Source of the DNA: Eubacteriales bacterium
Lineage (GTDB): Bacteria > Bacillota > Clostridia > Oscillospirales > CAG-272
Assembly: GCA_045643865.1 (NCBI GenBank)
Contig: JAZRFU010000013.1
Coordinates: 1-32,518, forward strand
Direction: 5' to 3'
Length of the DNA: 32,518 nucleotides
Of the stretch, positions 8,973 to 16,557 are shown one piece after another. Position 1 is the stretch's first letter, and each line of letters begins with the position of its first letter. Under the pieces are notes generated by a model. It saw only the letters and a program-made list of their open reading frames with translations, ran no database searches and was not told where the DNA came from. The position numbers and the translations under genes were made by a program.

Positions 8973-9251
8973 ATGGTAAAGCTTAGTTTACAGTTCTTTG
9001 CTCATAAGAAAGGTGTCGGTTCTACGAAGAACGGCCGTGATAGCGAATCGAAGCGTCTTGGCGTTAAGAGAGCTGACGGTCAGGCAGTTCTTGCCGGCAA
9101 CATCCTGGTAAGACAGAGAGGAACAGCTATCCATCCCGGCAACAATGTTGGAATTGGCAAGGATGATACACTTTTTGCTCTTATCGACGGAAAGGTAAAA
9201 TTTGAGCACAAGGCAGGCGGCAAAAAGCAGGTTAGCGTATACGCTGACTGA
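8973..9251 (+). CDS. rpmA: 50S ribosomal protein L27 with cleavable N-terminal propeptide
   Basis: ATG at 8973, with AGGAGG at 8959-8964. [32 protein letters not shown] shows the Firmicute Prp cleavage motif LxLQFFA. Confidence 0.95.
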   Translation: MVKLSLQFFAHKKGVGSTKNGRDSESKRLGVKRADGQAVLAGNILVRQRGTAIHPGNNVGIGKDDTLFALIDGKVKFEHKAGGKKQVSVYAD

Positions 9252-9265
9252 TTTTGTCAAGCATA

Positions 9266-9300
9266 AATGGGGTATCGCTTACGCGAAACCCCATTTTTCT
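9266..9300 (+). terminator. Intrinsic terminator after rpmA
   Basis: Stem AATGGGGT (9266-9273) / ACCCCATT (9288-9295), followed by TTTTT. Confidence 0.7.
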
Positions 9301-9328
9301 ATATTTTATTGTAACGGTTTTGAGATTT

Positions 9329-9988
9329 ATGAAGATACTTTATGAAGATAAATACATTATTATCTGTGAAAAGCCGATCGGCATTCAGTCGCAAATCAGC
9401 TCTGACGGAAAGGATATGCCCTCGATGCTTGAAAAACACAGACGCGATAAGGGCGAGGACGGATACGTAGGAGTTGTTCACCGACTTGATACCGCGACAG
9501 GTGGAGCCATGATATATGCCAAAGACAAGAGCACGGCCGGCAAATTAAGTCAGCTGATTCAAGGGGACACGTATAAAAAAGAGTATTTGGCGGTTGTAGA
9601 GGGCAAGCCCGATAACGATGCGGGCGAGCTGCGTGACCTTTTGTATCACGACAAACAAAAAAACAAGTCGTATGTTGTTAAAAAGTCGAGAAACGGCGTA
9701 AAGGAAGCAATTGCTAATTATAGACTTGTAAAAACGGTGGGGCTTGACGGAGATAGAACAGTATCCTTGGTATCAGTACAGCTTATAACGGGAAGAACGC
9801 ACCAAATACGTGTTCAGTTTGCTTCAAGAGGAATGTCGCTCTTGGGCGACGGTAAATACGGTAGTCGCGATAATTCGGCAACGCTTGCACTTTGGGCAAG
9901 TAAGCTTGAGATAGTACACCCTGTTACCAATAAGAAAATATCCGTTGAGAGCTGTCCGCCCGACATATATCCGTGGACACTTTTTTAA
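9329..9988 (+). CDS. RluA-family pseudouridine synthase (short form, no S4 domain)
   Basis: ATG at 9329. MKILYEDKYIIICEKPIGIQSQ is a typical RluA N-terminus. The catalytic motif is HRLDTATGG, followed by GRTHQIRVQ. No clear promoter or strong RBS lies between the rpmA terminator and the ATG, so expression may depend on read-through. Confidence 0.8.
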   Translation: MKILYEDKYIIICEKPIGIQSQISSDGKDMPSMLEKHRRDKGEDGYVGVVHRLDTATGGAMIYAKDKSTAGKLSQLIQGDTYKKEYLAVVEGKPDNDAGELRDLLYHDKQKNKSYVVKKSRNGVKEAIANYRLVKTVGLDGDRTVSLVSVQLITGRTHQIRVQFASRGMSLLGDGKYGSRDNSATLALWASKLEIVHPVTNKKISVESCPPDIYPWTLF

Positions 9989-10731
9989 GGCGATTTATCG
10001 CTTTGCTCAATCAGGAATTCATTTATAGACGAAAAAAGTATAAAGCATAGCTTTTGCTTGTATTCCTTTGAGGCAAGCAGCTCCGCTTCCTGTGGGTTTG
10101 ACAAAAATCCGCATTCCACAAGCACCGCAGGGCAGACCGCATTATTCAACAAAAATATTTTGCTTGTTGCTTGCTTTACCTTACGGTCGTTTTGGGGCTG
10201 GAGCATATTGTGGGTATTGGTCTGTATTTTATTTGCAAGCTCGTATGCTTCGTCACCGTTGGGAGAAAACCACACCTGAAGCCCTGAATATTTGGGATCG
10301 GGGAAGGCATTCATGTGTATGCTTACGAAAATGGCATCGGCGGTGGATTGCGCGACCCCCAGCCGTGCGGCAAGGTCAAGAACCTTCTTCTTGCCGTGAA
10401 AGTTAACGTTCCTGTCATATAAAAGGCGATCGTCCTCGCGTGTCATAATCACGCTTATTCCGTTTGCTTCAAGCATATCGCGTAGCATAAATGAGATCTC
10501 CAGATTGAGATCCTTTTCCACAAGCCCCGATGCTGATGACGTTCCGCCATCCTCGCCACCGTGTCCTGCGTCGATTATGACAGTCGTATATGACAAAGAT
10601 GCGGCAGATGACGGCGATTCAAGGGGAGTGTCAAAAACGTCAAATCCGTTGAATATTACGTATATAGCCGCCATACATACGGTAGATATCAAAAAGAACA
10701 TTATAAATTTGAAAATAAATCCCGATTTCAT
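9985..10731 (-). CDS. cwlD: N-acetylmuramoyl-L-alanine amidase, CwlD-like (Amidase_3 with N-terminal TM anchor)
   Basis: ATG at 10731, 6 nt after GGGAG. The track start 10734 is a TTG. It has a single N-terminal TM helix, then VIIDAGHGGEDGG, SIHMNAF and GFLSNPQEAELL. Size and layout match the germination-specific CwlD. Confidence 0.6.
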   Translation of the reverse strand: MKSGFIFKFIMFFLISTVCMAAIYVIFNGFDVFDTPLESPSSAASLSYTTVIIDAGHGGEDGGTSSASGLVEKDLNLEISFMLRDMLEANGISVIMTREDDRLLYDRNVNFHGKKKVLDLAARLGVAQSTADAIFVSIHMNAFPDPKYSGLQVWFSPNGDEAYELANKIQTNTHNMLQPQNDRKVKQATSKIFLLNNAVCPAVLVECGFLSNPQEAELLASKEYKQKLCFILFSSINEFLIEQSDKSP

Positions 10732-10892
10732 CAAGCGCTCCCAAGTAATAAAATATGTTATATTTTTATTTGGAGAGGTCTTTGTTTATGACGAAAAAAT
10801 CAGAGTTTTATGCTCATTGACAACATTGAGATAAATGTGGATTTTTTCTTTCGTCACATTGTAACAAAAATCTCAAAAATGCAGATAATCGC

Positions 10893-10921
10893 TTGACAAT
10901 GAGAATGGAATATAGTATAAT
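10893..10921 (+). promoter_or_regulatory. Sigma-A-type promoter for glyA-guaB
   Basis: TTGACA (10893-10898), 17-bp spacer, TATAAT (10916-10921). Confidence 0.65.
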
Positions 10922-10993
10922 AAATTTTAATAATATTTTTTAGGACAAAGACCCGAATACGTGTCGCATTCCGTAAAAAAGGAGGAAGACAAA

Positions 10994-12232
10994 ATGAACT
11001 TTTTTGATGAGCTTGTCAAATATGACAAAGAGGTATCTGACGCCTGTACGCTGGAGTTGGAGCGCCAGCAGCACAACATTGAGCTTATCGCGTCGGAAAA
11101 CATTGTTTCGCGCGCAACTTTGTTGGCAGCAGGAACGGTTTTGACTAATAAGTATGCCGAGGGATTTCCCGGAAAGCGTTACTACGGTGGATGCCAGTGC
11201 GTTGACGTTGTAGAGAACATCGCGCGCGACCGTGCAAAGAAGCTCTTTGGAGCAGAGCATGCGAACGTCCAGCCGCACAGTGGCGCGTCTGCGAATCTCG
11301 CGGTATTTTTTGCACTTTTGGAGCATGGCGACACCGTTATGGGACTCAATCTTGCGCACGGAGGACATCTGTCGCACGGTTCTCCCGTAAACATTTCGGG
11401 TAAATATTTTAATATCGTTCCGTACAGCGTGTCCGATGAAACGGAAATGCTCGACTATGACGAGATAAGACGTATCGCGCTTGAATGTAAACCTAAAATG
11501 ATAATTGCGGGTGCAAGCGCGTATTCGAGAACAATAGATTTTGCAAAGATCCGTGAAATATGTGATGAGGTCGGAGCTTATTATATGGTCGATATGGCTC
11601 ATATTGCAGGTCTTGTTGCAGCAGGACTTCATCCAAGCCCCGTTCCGTATGCCGACGTTGTTACTACAACTACGCATAAAACTCTGCGCGGTCCTCGCGG
11701 AGGAATGATACTCTGCCGCGGCGAGCTTGCAGCAAAGATAGATAAGGCGGTTTTCCCCGGTACACAGGGCGGACCTCTTATGCACATAATCGCCGCAAAG
11801 GCAGTTGCACTTGGTGAGGCGATGACGGACGAGTTTAAGGAGTATCAGAAGAATATCATCAAAAATGCAAAGGTGCTTTGTGAAGCACTCAAAGAGGAGG
11901 GCTTCAGCATAGTTTCGGGAGATACCGATAACCACCTTATGCTTATAGACCTTCGTCCCTTTGGCGTTACAGGTAAGGATATGGAGCACCGTCTTGACGA
12001 GGTACACATCACCGCAAACAAGAACGCTATCCCCAACGACCCCGAAAAGCCCTTTGTTACAAGCGGTATCAGAGTGGGCACACCTGCTGTTACGACTCGT
12101 GGATTCGGCGAGAGCGAGATGAAGCAGATCGCTAAATGGATGAAGCTTGTCGCCACTGATTTTGAGGCGAATAAGGAGCAGATAACCAAAGAGGTTATAG
12201 CACTTTGTGACAAATATCCCATTTACAACTGA
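10994..12232 (+). CDS. glyA: Serine hydroxymethyltransferase
   Basis: ATG at 10994, with AAGGAGGA at 10978-10985. Motifs include [10 protein letters not shown], the [15 protein letters not shown] region and the PLP-lysine region [14 protein letters not shown]. Confidence 0.97.
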   Translation: MNFFDELVKYDKEVSDACTLELERQQHNIELIASENIVSRATLLAAGTVLTNKYAEGFPGKRYYGGCQCVDVVENIARDRAKKLFGAEHANVQPHSGASANLAVFFALLEHGDTVMGLNLAHGGHLSHGSPVNISGKYFNIVPYSVSDETEMLDYDEIRRIALECKPKMIIAGASAYSRTIDFAKIREICDEVGAYYMVDMAHIAGLVAAGLHPSPVPYADVVTTTTHKTLRGPRGGMILCRGELAAKIDKAVFPGTQGGPLMHIIAAKAVALGEAMTDEFKEYQKNIIKNAKVLCEALKEEGFSIVSGDTDNHLMLIDLRPFGVTGKDMEHRLDEVHITANKNAIPNDPEKPFVTSGIRVGTPAVTTRGFGESEMKQIAKWMKLVATDFEANKEQITKEVIALCDKYPIYN

Positions 12233-12264
12233 TAAAGACAAATTCAAAGAAAGAGAGAAATAAA

Positions 12265-13767
12265 ATGGCAAAGTTTATCAATGAGCCCTCGCATACCTTT
12301 AATGAATATCTTCTTATTCCCGGATATTCCTCAAGTGAGTGTGTCCCTGCGAACGTAAGCTTGAAAACACCGCTCGTTAAGTATAAAAAGGGCGAGAAGC
12401 CCGCTATAATGATGAACATTCCTATGGTGTCGGCTATAATGCAGTCTGTGTCGGGTGACCGACTTGCAGTAGCACTTGCCAAGGAGGGTGGAGTTTCGTT
12501 TATATACGGCTCACAGACCGTTGAGGACGAGGCAAATATGGTAAGACGTGCCAAGAATCACAAGGCAGGATTTGTGCCCAGTGACTCAAACGTACGCCCC
12601 GACGCAACCTTGGCAGATATAATCGAACTTAAGGAGAAAACGGGACATTCGACTGTTGCTGTCACAGAAGACGGCACAAGTGAGGGTAAGCTGCTTGGAA
12701 TAGTTACAGGCAGAGATTACCGTGTCAGCCGCATGTCTAAAGATACGCCCGTTTCAAGCTTTATGACTCCCTTTGATAAGCTCGTGTGCGCAAAAGAGGG
12801 AACTACTCTTAAGGAAGCTAACGATATTATATGGGATCATAAGCTCAATTCTCTCCCTATCATAAATGACGAGCAGAAGCTCCAGTATTTCGTTTTCCGC
12901 AAGGACTACACATCGCACAAGGAGAACCCAAACGAAATTCTTGATGCATCAAAGAGATACGTTGTCGGAGCAGGTATAAATACGCGCGACTACGCAGAGA
13001 GAGTTCCTGCGCTGATCGAGGCGGGCGCAGACGTGCTTTGTATAGATTCCTCCGAGGGATTTTCGGAGTGGCAGCAGAGAACTATCGCGTGGATACGTGA
13101 GAAATACGGAGATAGCGTTAAGGTTGGCGCCGGAAACGTGGTTGATGCTGATGGCTTCAGATTTTTGGCAGATTGCGGTGCGGACTTTATCAAGGTCGGT
13201 ATCGGCGGCGGATCGATATGTATAACTCGTGAAACCAAGGGTATCGGTCGCGGTCAGGCAACCGCACTTATCGACGTATGCCGCGCGCGTGACGAATATT
13301 TTGAAGAAACAGGCGTGTATATTCCCGTATGCTCGGACGGCGGTATCGTTTATGATCACCACATAACTCTTGCACTTGCAATGGGCGCAGATTTCGTAAT
13401 GCTCGGCAGATATTTCGCAAGATTTGACGAGAGCCCCTCGAATAAGGTCAGCATAGGCGGAACTTACTATAAGGAATATTGGGGCGAGGGCTCTGCGAGA
13501 GCAAGAAACTGGCAGAGATACGACCTTGGCGGCGATAAAAAGCTTTCCTTTGAGGAGGGTGTTGATTCCTACGTTCCTTACGCGGGAACGCTCAAAGACA
13601 ACGTGGCTATGTCGCTTGCAAAGGTGAAATCGACTATGTGTAATTGCGGTGCGCTCACAATTCCCGAATTGCAACAAAAGGCAACACTGACGCTTGTGTC
13701 CGCAACGAGTATCGTTGAGGGCGGTGCTCACGACGTCATTCAGAAAGAAAAAACAGCGATAAAGTAA
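12265..13767 (+). CDS. guaB: IMP dehydrogenase (about 500-aa clostridial/Bacteroides-type subfamily, with CBS pair)
   Basis: It starts 32 nt after glyA. Motifs: [14 protein letters not shown], catalytic-Cys loop [40 protein letters not shown] region lies at about residues 100-220. Confidence 0.85.
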   Translation: MAKFINEPSHTFNEYLLIPGYSSSECVPANVSLKTPLVKYKKGEKPAIMMNIPMVSAIMQSVSGDRLAVALAKEGGVSFIYGSQTVEDEANMVRRAKNHKAGFVPSDSNVRPDATLADIIELKEKTGHSTVAVTEDGTSEGKLLGIVTGRDYRVSRMSKDTPVSSFMTPFDKLVCAKEGTTLKEANDIIWDHKLNSLPIINDEQKLQYFVFRKDYTSHKENPNEILDASKRYVVGAGINTRDYAERVPALIEAGADVLCIDSSEGFSEWQQRTIAWIREKYGDSVKVGAGNVVDADGFRFLADCGADFIKVGIGGGSICITRETKGIGRGQATALIDVCRARDEYFEETGVYIPVCSDGGIVYDHHITLALAMGADFVMLGRYFARFDESPSNKVSIGGTYYKEYWGEGSARARNWQRYDLGGDKKLSFEEGVDSYVPYAGTLKDNVAMSLAKVKSTMCNCGALTIPELQQKATLTLVSATSIVEGGAHDVIQKEKTAIK

Positions 13768-13778
13768 TTAAAAAACAC

Positions 13779-13807
13779 AAAAGCGAGGTCATTTTGACCT
13801 CGCTTTT
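13779..13807 (+). terminator. Intrinsic terminator after guaB
   Basis: Perfect 12-bp stem AAAAGCGAGGTC (13779-13790) / GACCTCGCTTTT (13796-13807). Confidence 0.8.
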
Positions 13808-13811
13808 GCTA

Positions 13812-13840
13812 TTGACACTAATGCGGATTTTTAGTATAAT
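13812..13840 (+). promoter_or_regulatory. Sigma-A-type promoter for the cysteine-desulfidase gene
   Basis: TTGACA (13812-13817), 17-bp spacer, TATAAT (13835-13840). Confidence 0.65.
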
Positions 13841-13878
13841 ATATCTATACGAGCAAAATTCGACAAAAGGGAAAAATA

Positions 13879-15153
13879 ATGGAAAAGAATTGTCAGACGT
13901 ATAGATGTTACGTTGAAATACTGAAAAAAGAGCTAGTTGTGGCTATGGGCTGCACCGAGCCGATCGCGGTTGCATACTGCGCGGCAAGGGCGCGTGACGT
14001 GCTTGGAAAAATCCCCACCAAAGTCGTTATCAAGGCAAGCGGCAACATAATAAAGAACGTCAAAAGCGTCATTGTACCCCATACCGACGGTATGAGAGGA
14101 CTTGAGGCGGCTGCCGCCGTTGGAATTTTCTTCGGCGATGCGGACGGGGAGCTTGAGGTAATATCCAAGGTCACCAAAGAGCAGGAAAAATCGCTCAAGG
14201 ATAAAATGACAGAGCTTGATATAAGCGTTTTGCCCCTTGAAAGCGAGCATATACTTGATCTTGAGATAACAGTGAGTGATGGCGACGATTTTGTCACGGT
14301 TCATATTGAGGACGAGCACACTAACGTTGTCGAGATCATTCAAAATGGAAAATGCACGTACGTTAGCAGTCAAAGGGTTAAATTAGAGCATGAAAACAAT
14401 GCGGGAATGCTTAAAATTTGCGATATTTTCGACTTTGCGGAGTCGGTTGATATTGCAGACGTGAAAAGCGTTATATCGCGCCAGATCGAGTATAATAAGG
14501 CAATATCGAGCGAGGGCTTGATGGGTAATTACGGCGCAAGAATAGGTCAGGTGCTGATGAAGCGCAATAGTGAAGTCAGAACGCGCGCGTGTGCGGCGGC
14601 TGCGGCGGGCTCGGATGCGAGAATGAGCGGCTGTGATATGCCCGTAGTGATCTGCTCGGGAAGCGGAAATCAGGGAATGACGACAAGCTTGCCCGTTATA
14701 ACCTACGCGGAGCATTACAAAAAGAGCGAGGAAGAGCTTTATCGTGCTCTCGTGCTGTCCAATCTCGTAACACTGCATCTTAAAAGCGGCATAGGGCGAC
14801 TCTCAGCATATTGCGGCGCGGTAAGCGCGGGTGCAGGAGCGGGCGCGGGAATAGCTTATCTTATGACGCGTGAATTAAAGGTCGTAAATCATACCATAGT
14901 CAACGCGCTTGCAATGTCGAGCGGAATTATATGTGACGGAGCAAAGGCGTCTTGCGCGGCGAAGATCGCGATGGCGGTTGACGCGGGAATCATGGGCTAT
15001 GAAATGTATTGCGAGGGATGTCAGTTCTTTGGCGGCGAGGGACTTGTAAGTAAGGGAGTAGAGAATACCATACGCAATATCTCGATGCTCGGTCACGACG
15101 GAATGAAGGAAACCGATAAAAAGATAATCGAAATAATGACAGGATGCTGTTAA
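13879..15153 (+). CDS. cyuA: UPF0597 / L-cysteine desulfidase family protein (YhaM/CyuA-like, serine-dehydratase-alpha fold)
   Basis: 424 aa. Motifs GCTEPIAVAYCAA, SDARMSGCDMPVVICSGSGNQGMT, ICDGAKASCAAK and a C-terminal TDKKIIEIMTG line up with E. coli YhaM as I recall it. Confidence 0.75.
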   Translation: MEKNCQTYRCYVEILKKELVVAMGCTEPIAVAYCAARARDVLGKIPTKVVIKASGNIIKNVKSVIVPHTDGMRGLEAAAAVGIFFGDADGELEVISKVTKEQEKSLKDKMTELDISVLPLESEHILDLEITVSDGDDFVTVHIEDEHTNVVEIIQNGKCTYVSSQRVKLEHENNAGMLKICDIFDFAESVDIADVKSVISRQIEYNKAISSEGLMGNYGARIGQVLMKRNSEVRTRACAAAAAGSDARMSGCDMPVVICSGSGNQGMTTSLPVITYAEHYKKSEEELYRALVLSNLVTLHLKSGIGRLSAYCGAVSAGAGAGAGIAYLMTRELKVVNHTIVNALAMSSGIICDGAKASCAAKIAMAVDAGIMGYEMYCEGCQFFGGEGLVSKGVENTIRNISMLGHDGMKETDKKIIEIMTGCC

Positions 15154-15168
15154 TATAATCAAAAATAA

Positions 15169-15201
15169 CACAGGCGAGCCAACGGCTCGCCTGTGAGTTT
15201 T
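15169..15201. terminator. Bidirectional intrinsic terminator between convergent genes
   Basis: Perfect 12-bp stem CACAGGCGAGCC (15169-15180) / GGCTCGCCTGTG (15184-15195). Both flanks are T-rich. Confidence 0.8.
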
Positions 15202-15207
15202 ATGTGA

Positions 15208-15756
15208 TTAGTCTTTATTTTCGGGTATATATTTTTTATTTAGTCCGCAGCATGTGAACTCGGTGCATCTACCGCCGCGGTAGGAGCACATGGGTTCAAG
15301 CGTGCCGACGAACTCGGGGCATTTCTCCTCTACCTGACGCTTTATCTCGTTCATTACCGCGCGTGTAGCAGGGTCTGCCTGCATACAAAGGCGACGGCGA
15401 GCCATAAACATAAGCTCCTGCGCGTTTATATACATCATGTGCGACACGGGTGAATCCTGCGGCGCTTTGGTTCGGTCGTAGTTTTCCTGACGGTCATTTC
15501 TCTGGCTCTGCACAAAGTGCGTAACGCCTATAAAGTGACGGCAGAAATGCACCGAAACGTAATAGGGAAGTGTCATTTTGATGCAGAAATTTAGCGTTCT
15601 TATCGGACTGTGCTCGGAAAGGAGCAGCTTATGACGCCACTCTGCCGTGGGGAGCTTTGTGCTGGTCTTTCCGACCGTATTCAGCGTGCAGAGCTTGCAC
15701 AGCATCCAGTCCTCCTCCGTGGGATATTTGAGTATTTCAACTGAAAAATCCGTCAT
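15208..15756 (-). CDS. Cys-rich ThyX-fold (Thy1-like) protein of unknown function, truncated relative to ThyX
   Basis: 182 aa, with AAGGAG 9 nt upstream of the ATG. HSPIRTLNFCIKMTLPYYVSVHFCRHFIGVTHFVQSQRN aligns by eye to the ThyX core H-x-PFEH...RHR...S-x-RY. NAQELMFMARRRL...EEKCPEF aligns to the ThyX C-terminal helices. RHR is replaced by RHF, and about 45 residues between the two blocks are missing. The protein has 10 Cys, including CKLC and C-x6-C-x4-CC. Confidence 0.5.
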   Translation of the reverse strand: MTDFSVEILKYPTEEDWMLCKLCTLNTVGKTSTKLPTAEWRHKLLLSEHSPIRTLNFCIKMTLPYYVSVHFCRHFIGVTHFVQSQRNDRQENYDRTKAPQDSPVSHMMYINAQELMFMARRRLCMQADPATRAVMNEIKRQVEEKCPEFVGTLEPMCSYRGGRCTEFTCCGLNKKYIPENKD

Positions 15757-15803
15757 ATCTTTTATCTCCTTTTACACGGTTTGACAAAATATTTATATGA
15801 TTT

Positions 15804-15832
15804 ATTGTACCATATAAAAAAGGTCAAGTCAA
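15804..15832 (-). promoter_or_regulatory. Sigma-A-type promoter for the ThyX-like gene
   Basis: On the minus strand: TTGACT (15832-15827), 17-bp spacer, TGgTACAAT (15812-15804). Confidence 0.5.
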
Positions 15833-15861
15833 TAGGGTTAAAATGCGTTTTGCAAAAAATG

Positions 15862-15890
15862 TTGACATTTGTCAAAATGTATGATATAAT
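15862..15890 (+). promoter_or_regulatory. Sigma-A-type promoter for mntP, -35 embedded in a palindrome
   Basis: TTGACA (15862-15867), 17-bp spacer, TGaTATAAT (15882-15890). The -35 is the left arm of the palindrome TTGACA-TT-TGTCAA (15862-15875). Confidence 0.65.
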
Positions 15891-15926
15891 ACCCCATGTT
15901 GTAAAGAAATACAAAGGAAATGAAAA

Positions 15927-16514
15927 ATGTTTGATTTTATATTTTTTACCGAGAACATACTTCTCGGCGTGGCACTTGCCATAGACGCGTTTTCCGTGTC
16001 GCTTGCCAACGGTCTTAACGAGCCGTGCATGAGAATGCGCAAAATGTGCGGTATTGCGGGTGTATTTGCATTCTTTCAGGCACTTATGCCGTTTATCGGC
16101 TGGGTGCTTATCAAAACCGTATTATCATATTTTGATGCTTTACAGATATTTATCCCTTGGATAGCTCTCGGATTGCTCGGATTTATCGGCGGTAAGATGC
16201 TTTACGAGGGAATAAAAAATAGGGACTGCGGCTGTGTTTGCGGCTGCACGTCTTTGACGGTAGGAGCGCTGCTGGTGCAAGGAATTGCAACCTCCATAGA
16301 TGCTCTTTCCGCGGGATTGAATTTTGTAAAGTACGACCTTTTCGGAGCTATAATAGCAGCAATAGTGATCGCACTTGTAACTTTTATGATCTGTCTTTGC
16401 GGTGTGTTTCTCGGAAAAAAGACGGGAACGAAGCTTGCGGGCAAGGCAGGCATACTCGGTGGTGTGATACTGATAGCCATCGGAATTGAAATATTTATAT
16501 CCAGCTTTATATAA
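15927..16514 (+). CDS. mntP: Manganese efflux pump MntP
   Basis: 195 aa, six hydrophobic helices arranged as two DUF204 repeats (LALAIDAFSVSLANG and QGIATSIDALSAGL). Confidence 0.85.
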   Translation: MFDFIFFTENILLGVALAIDAFSVSLANGLNEPCMRMRKMCGIAGVFAFFQALMPFIGWVLIKTVLSYFDALQIFIPWIALGLLGFIGGKMLYEGIKNRDCGCVCGCTSLTVGALLVQGIATSIDALSAGLNFVKYDLFGAIIAAIVIALVTFMICLCGVFLGKKTGTKLAGKAGILGGVILIAIGIEIFISSFI

Positions 16515-16516
16515 AG

Positions 16517-16548
16517 AAAAAGCGAAACGGCGAGCCGTTTCGCTTTTT
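16517..16548. terminator. Bidirectional intrinsic terminator between mntP and the peptidase gene
   Basis: Stem AAAAAGCGAAACGG (16517-16530) / CCGTTTCGCTTTTT (16535-16548), loop CGAG. Confidence 0.85.
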
Positions 16549-16557
16549 TATTAGTGG

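Noticed and set aside
10735-10892. Sporulation sigma-E or sigma-G promoter for the CwlD-like gene, and a second TTGACA at 10817-10822
   Set aside because: I could not find a spacing-correct match to either sporulation consensus. The plus-strand TTGACA has no -10 partner 17 bp downstream. The promoter of this gene remains unassigned.
10948-10975. PurBox-like CCGAAT...ATTCCG pair in the glyA leader
   Set aside because: The two elements are not true inverted repeats (ATTCGG would be needed). They match the AWWWCCGAACWWT consensus poorly, and they lie downstream of the promoter rather than upstream.
10940-12271. 443-aa minus-strand ORF spanning the whole of glyA
   Set aside because: It lies in the exact codon-complement frame of glyA, so its openness only reflects the absence of TTA/CTA/TCA codons in glyA. 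The predicted protein is Cys/Arg/Leu-rich junk with no motif, RBS or promoter. glyA on the plus strand is unambiguous.
15757-15926. Expected yybP-ykoY manganese riboswitch upstream of mntP
   Set aside because: Only about 30 nt lie between the predicted start site and the ATG, and I see none of the conserved four-way-junction sequence. It is reported instead as an absence, in the findings.
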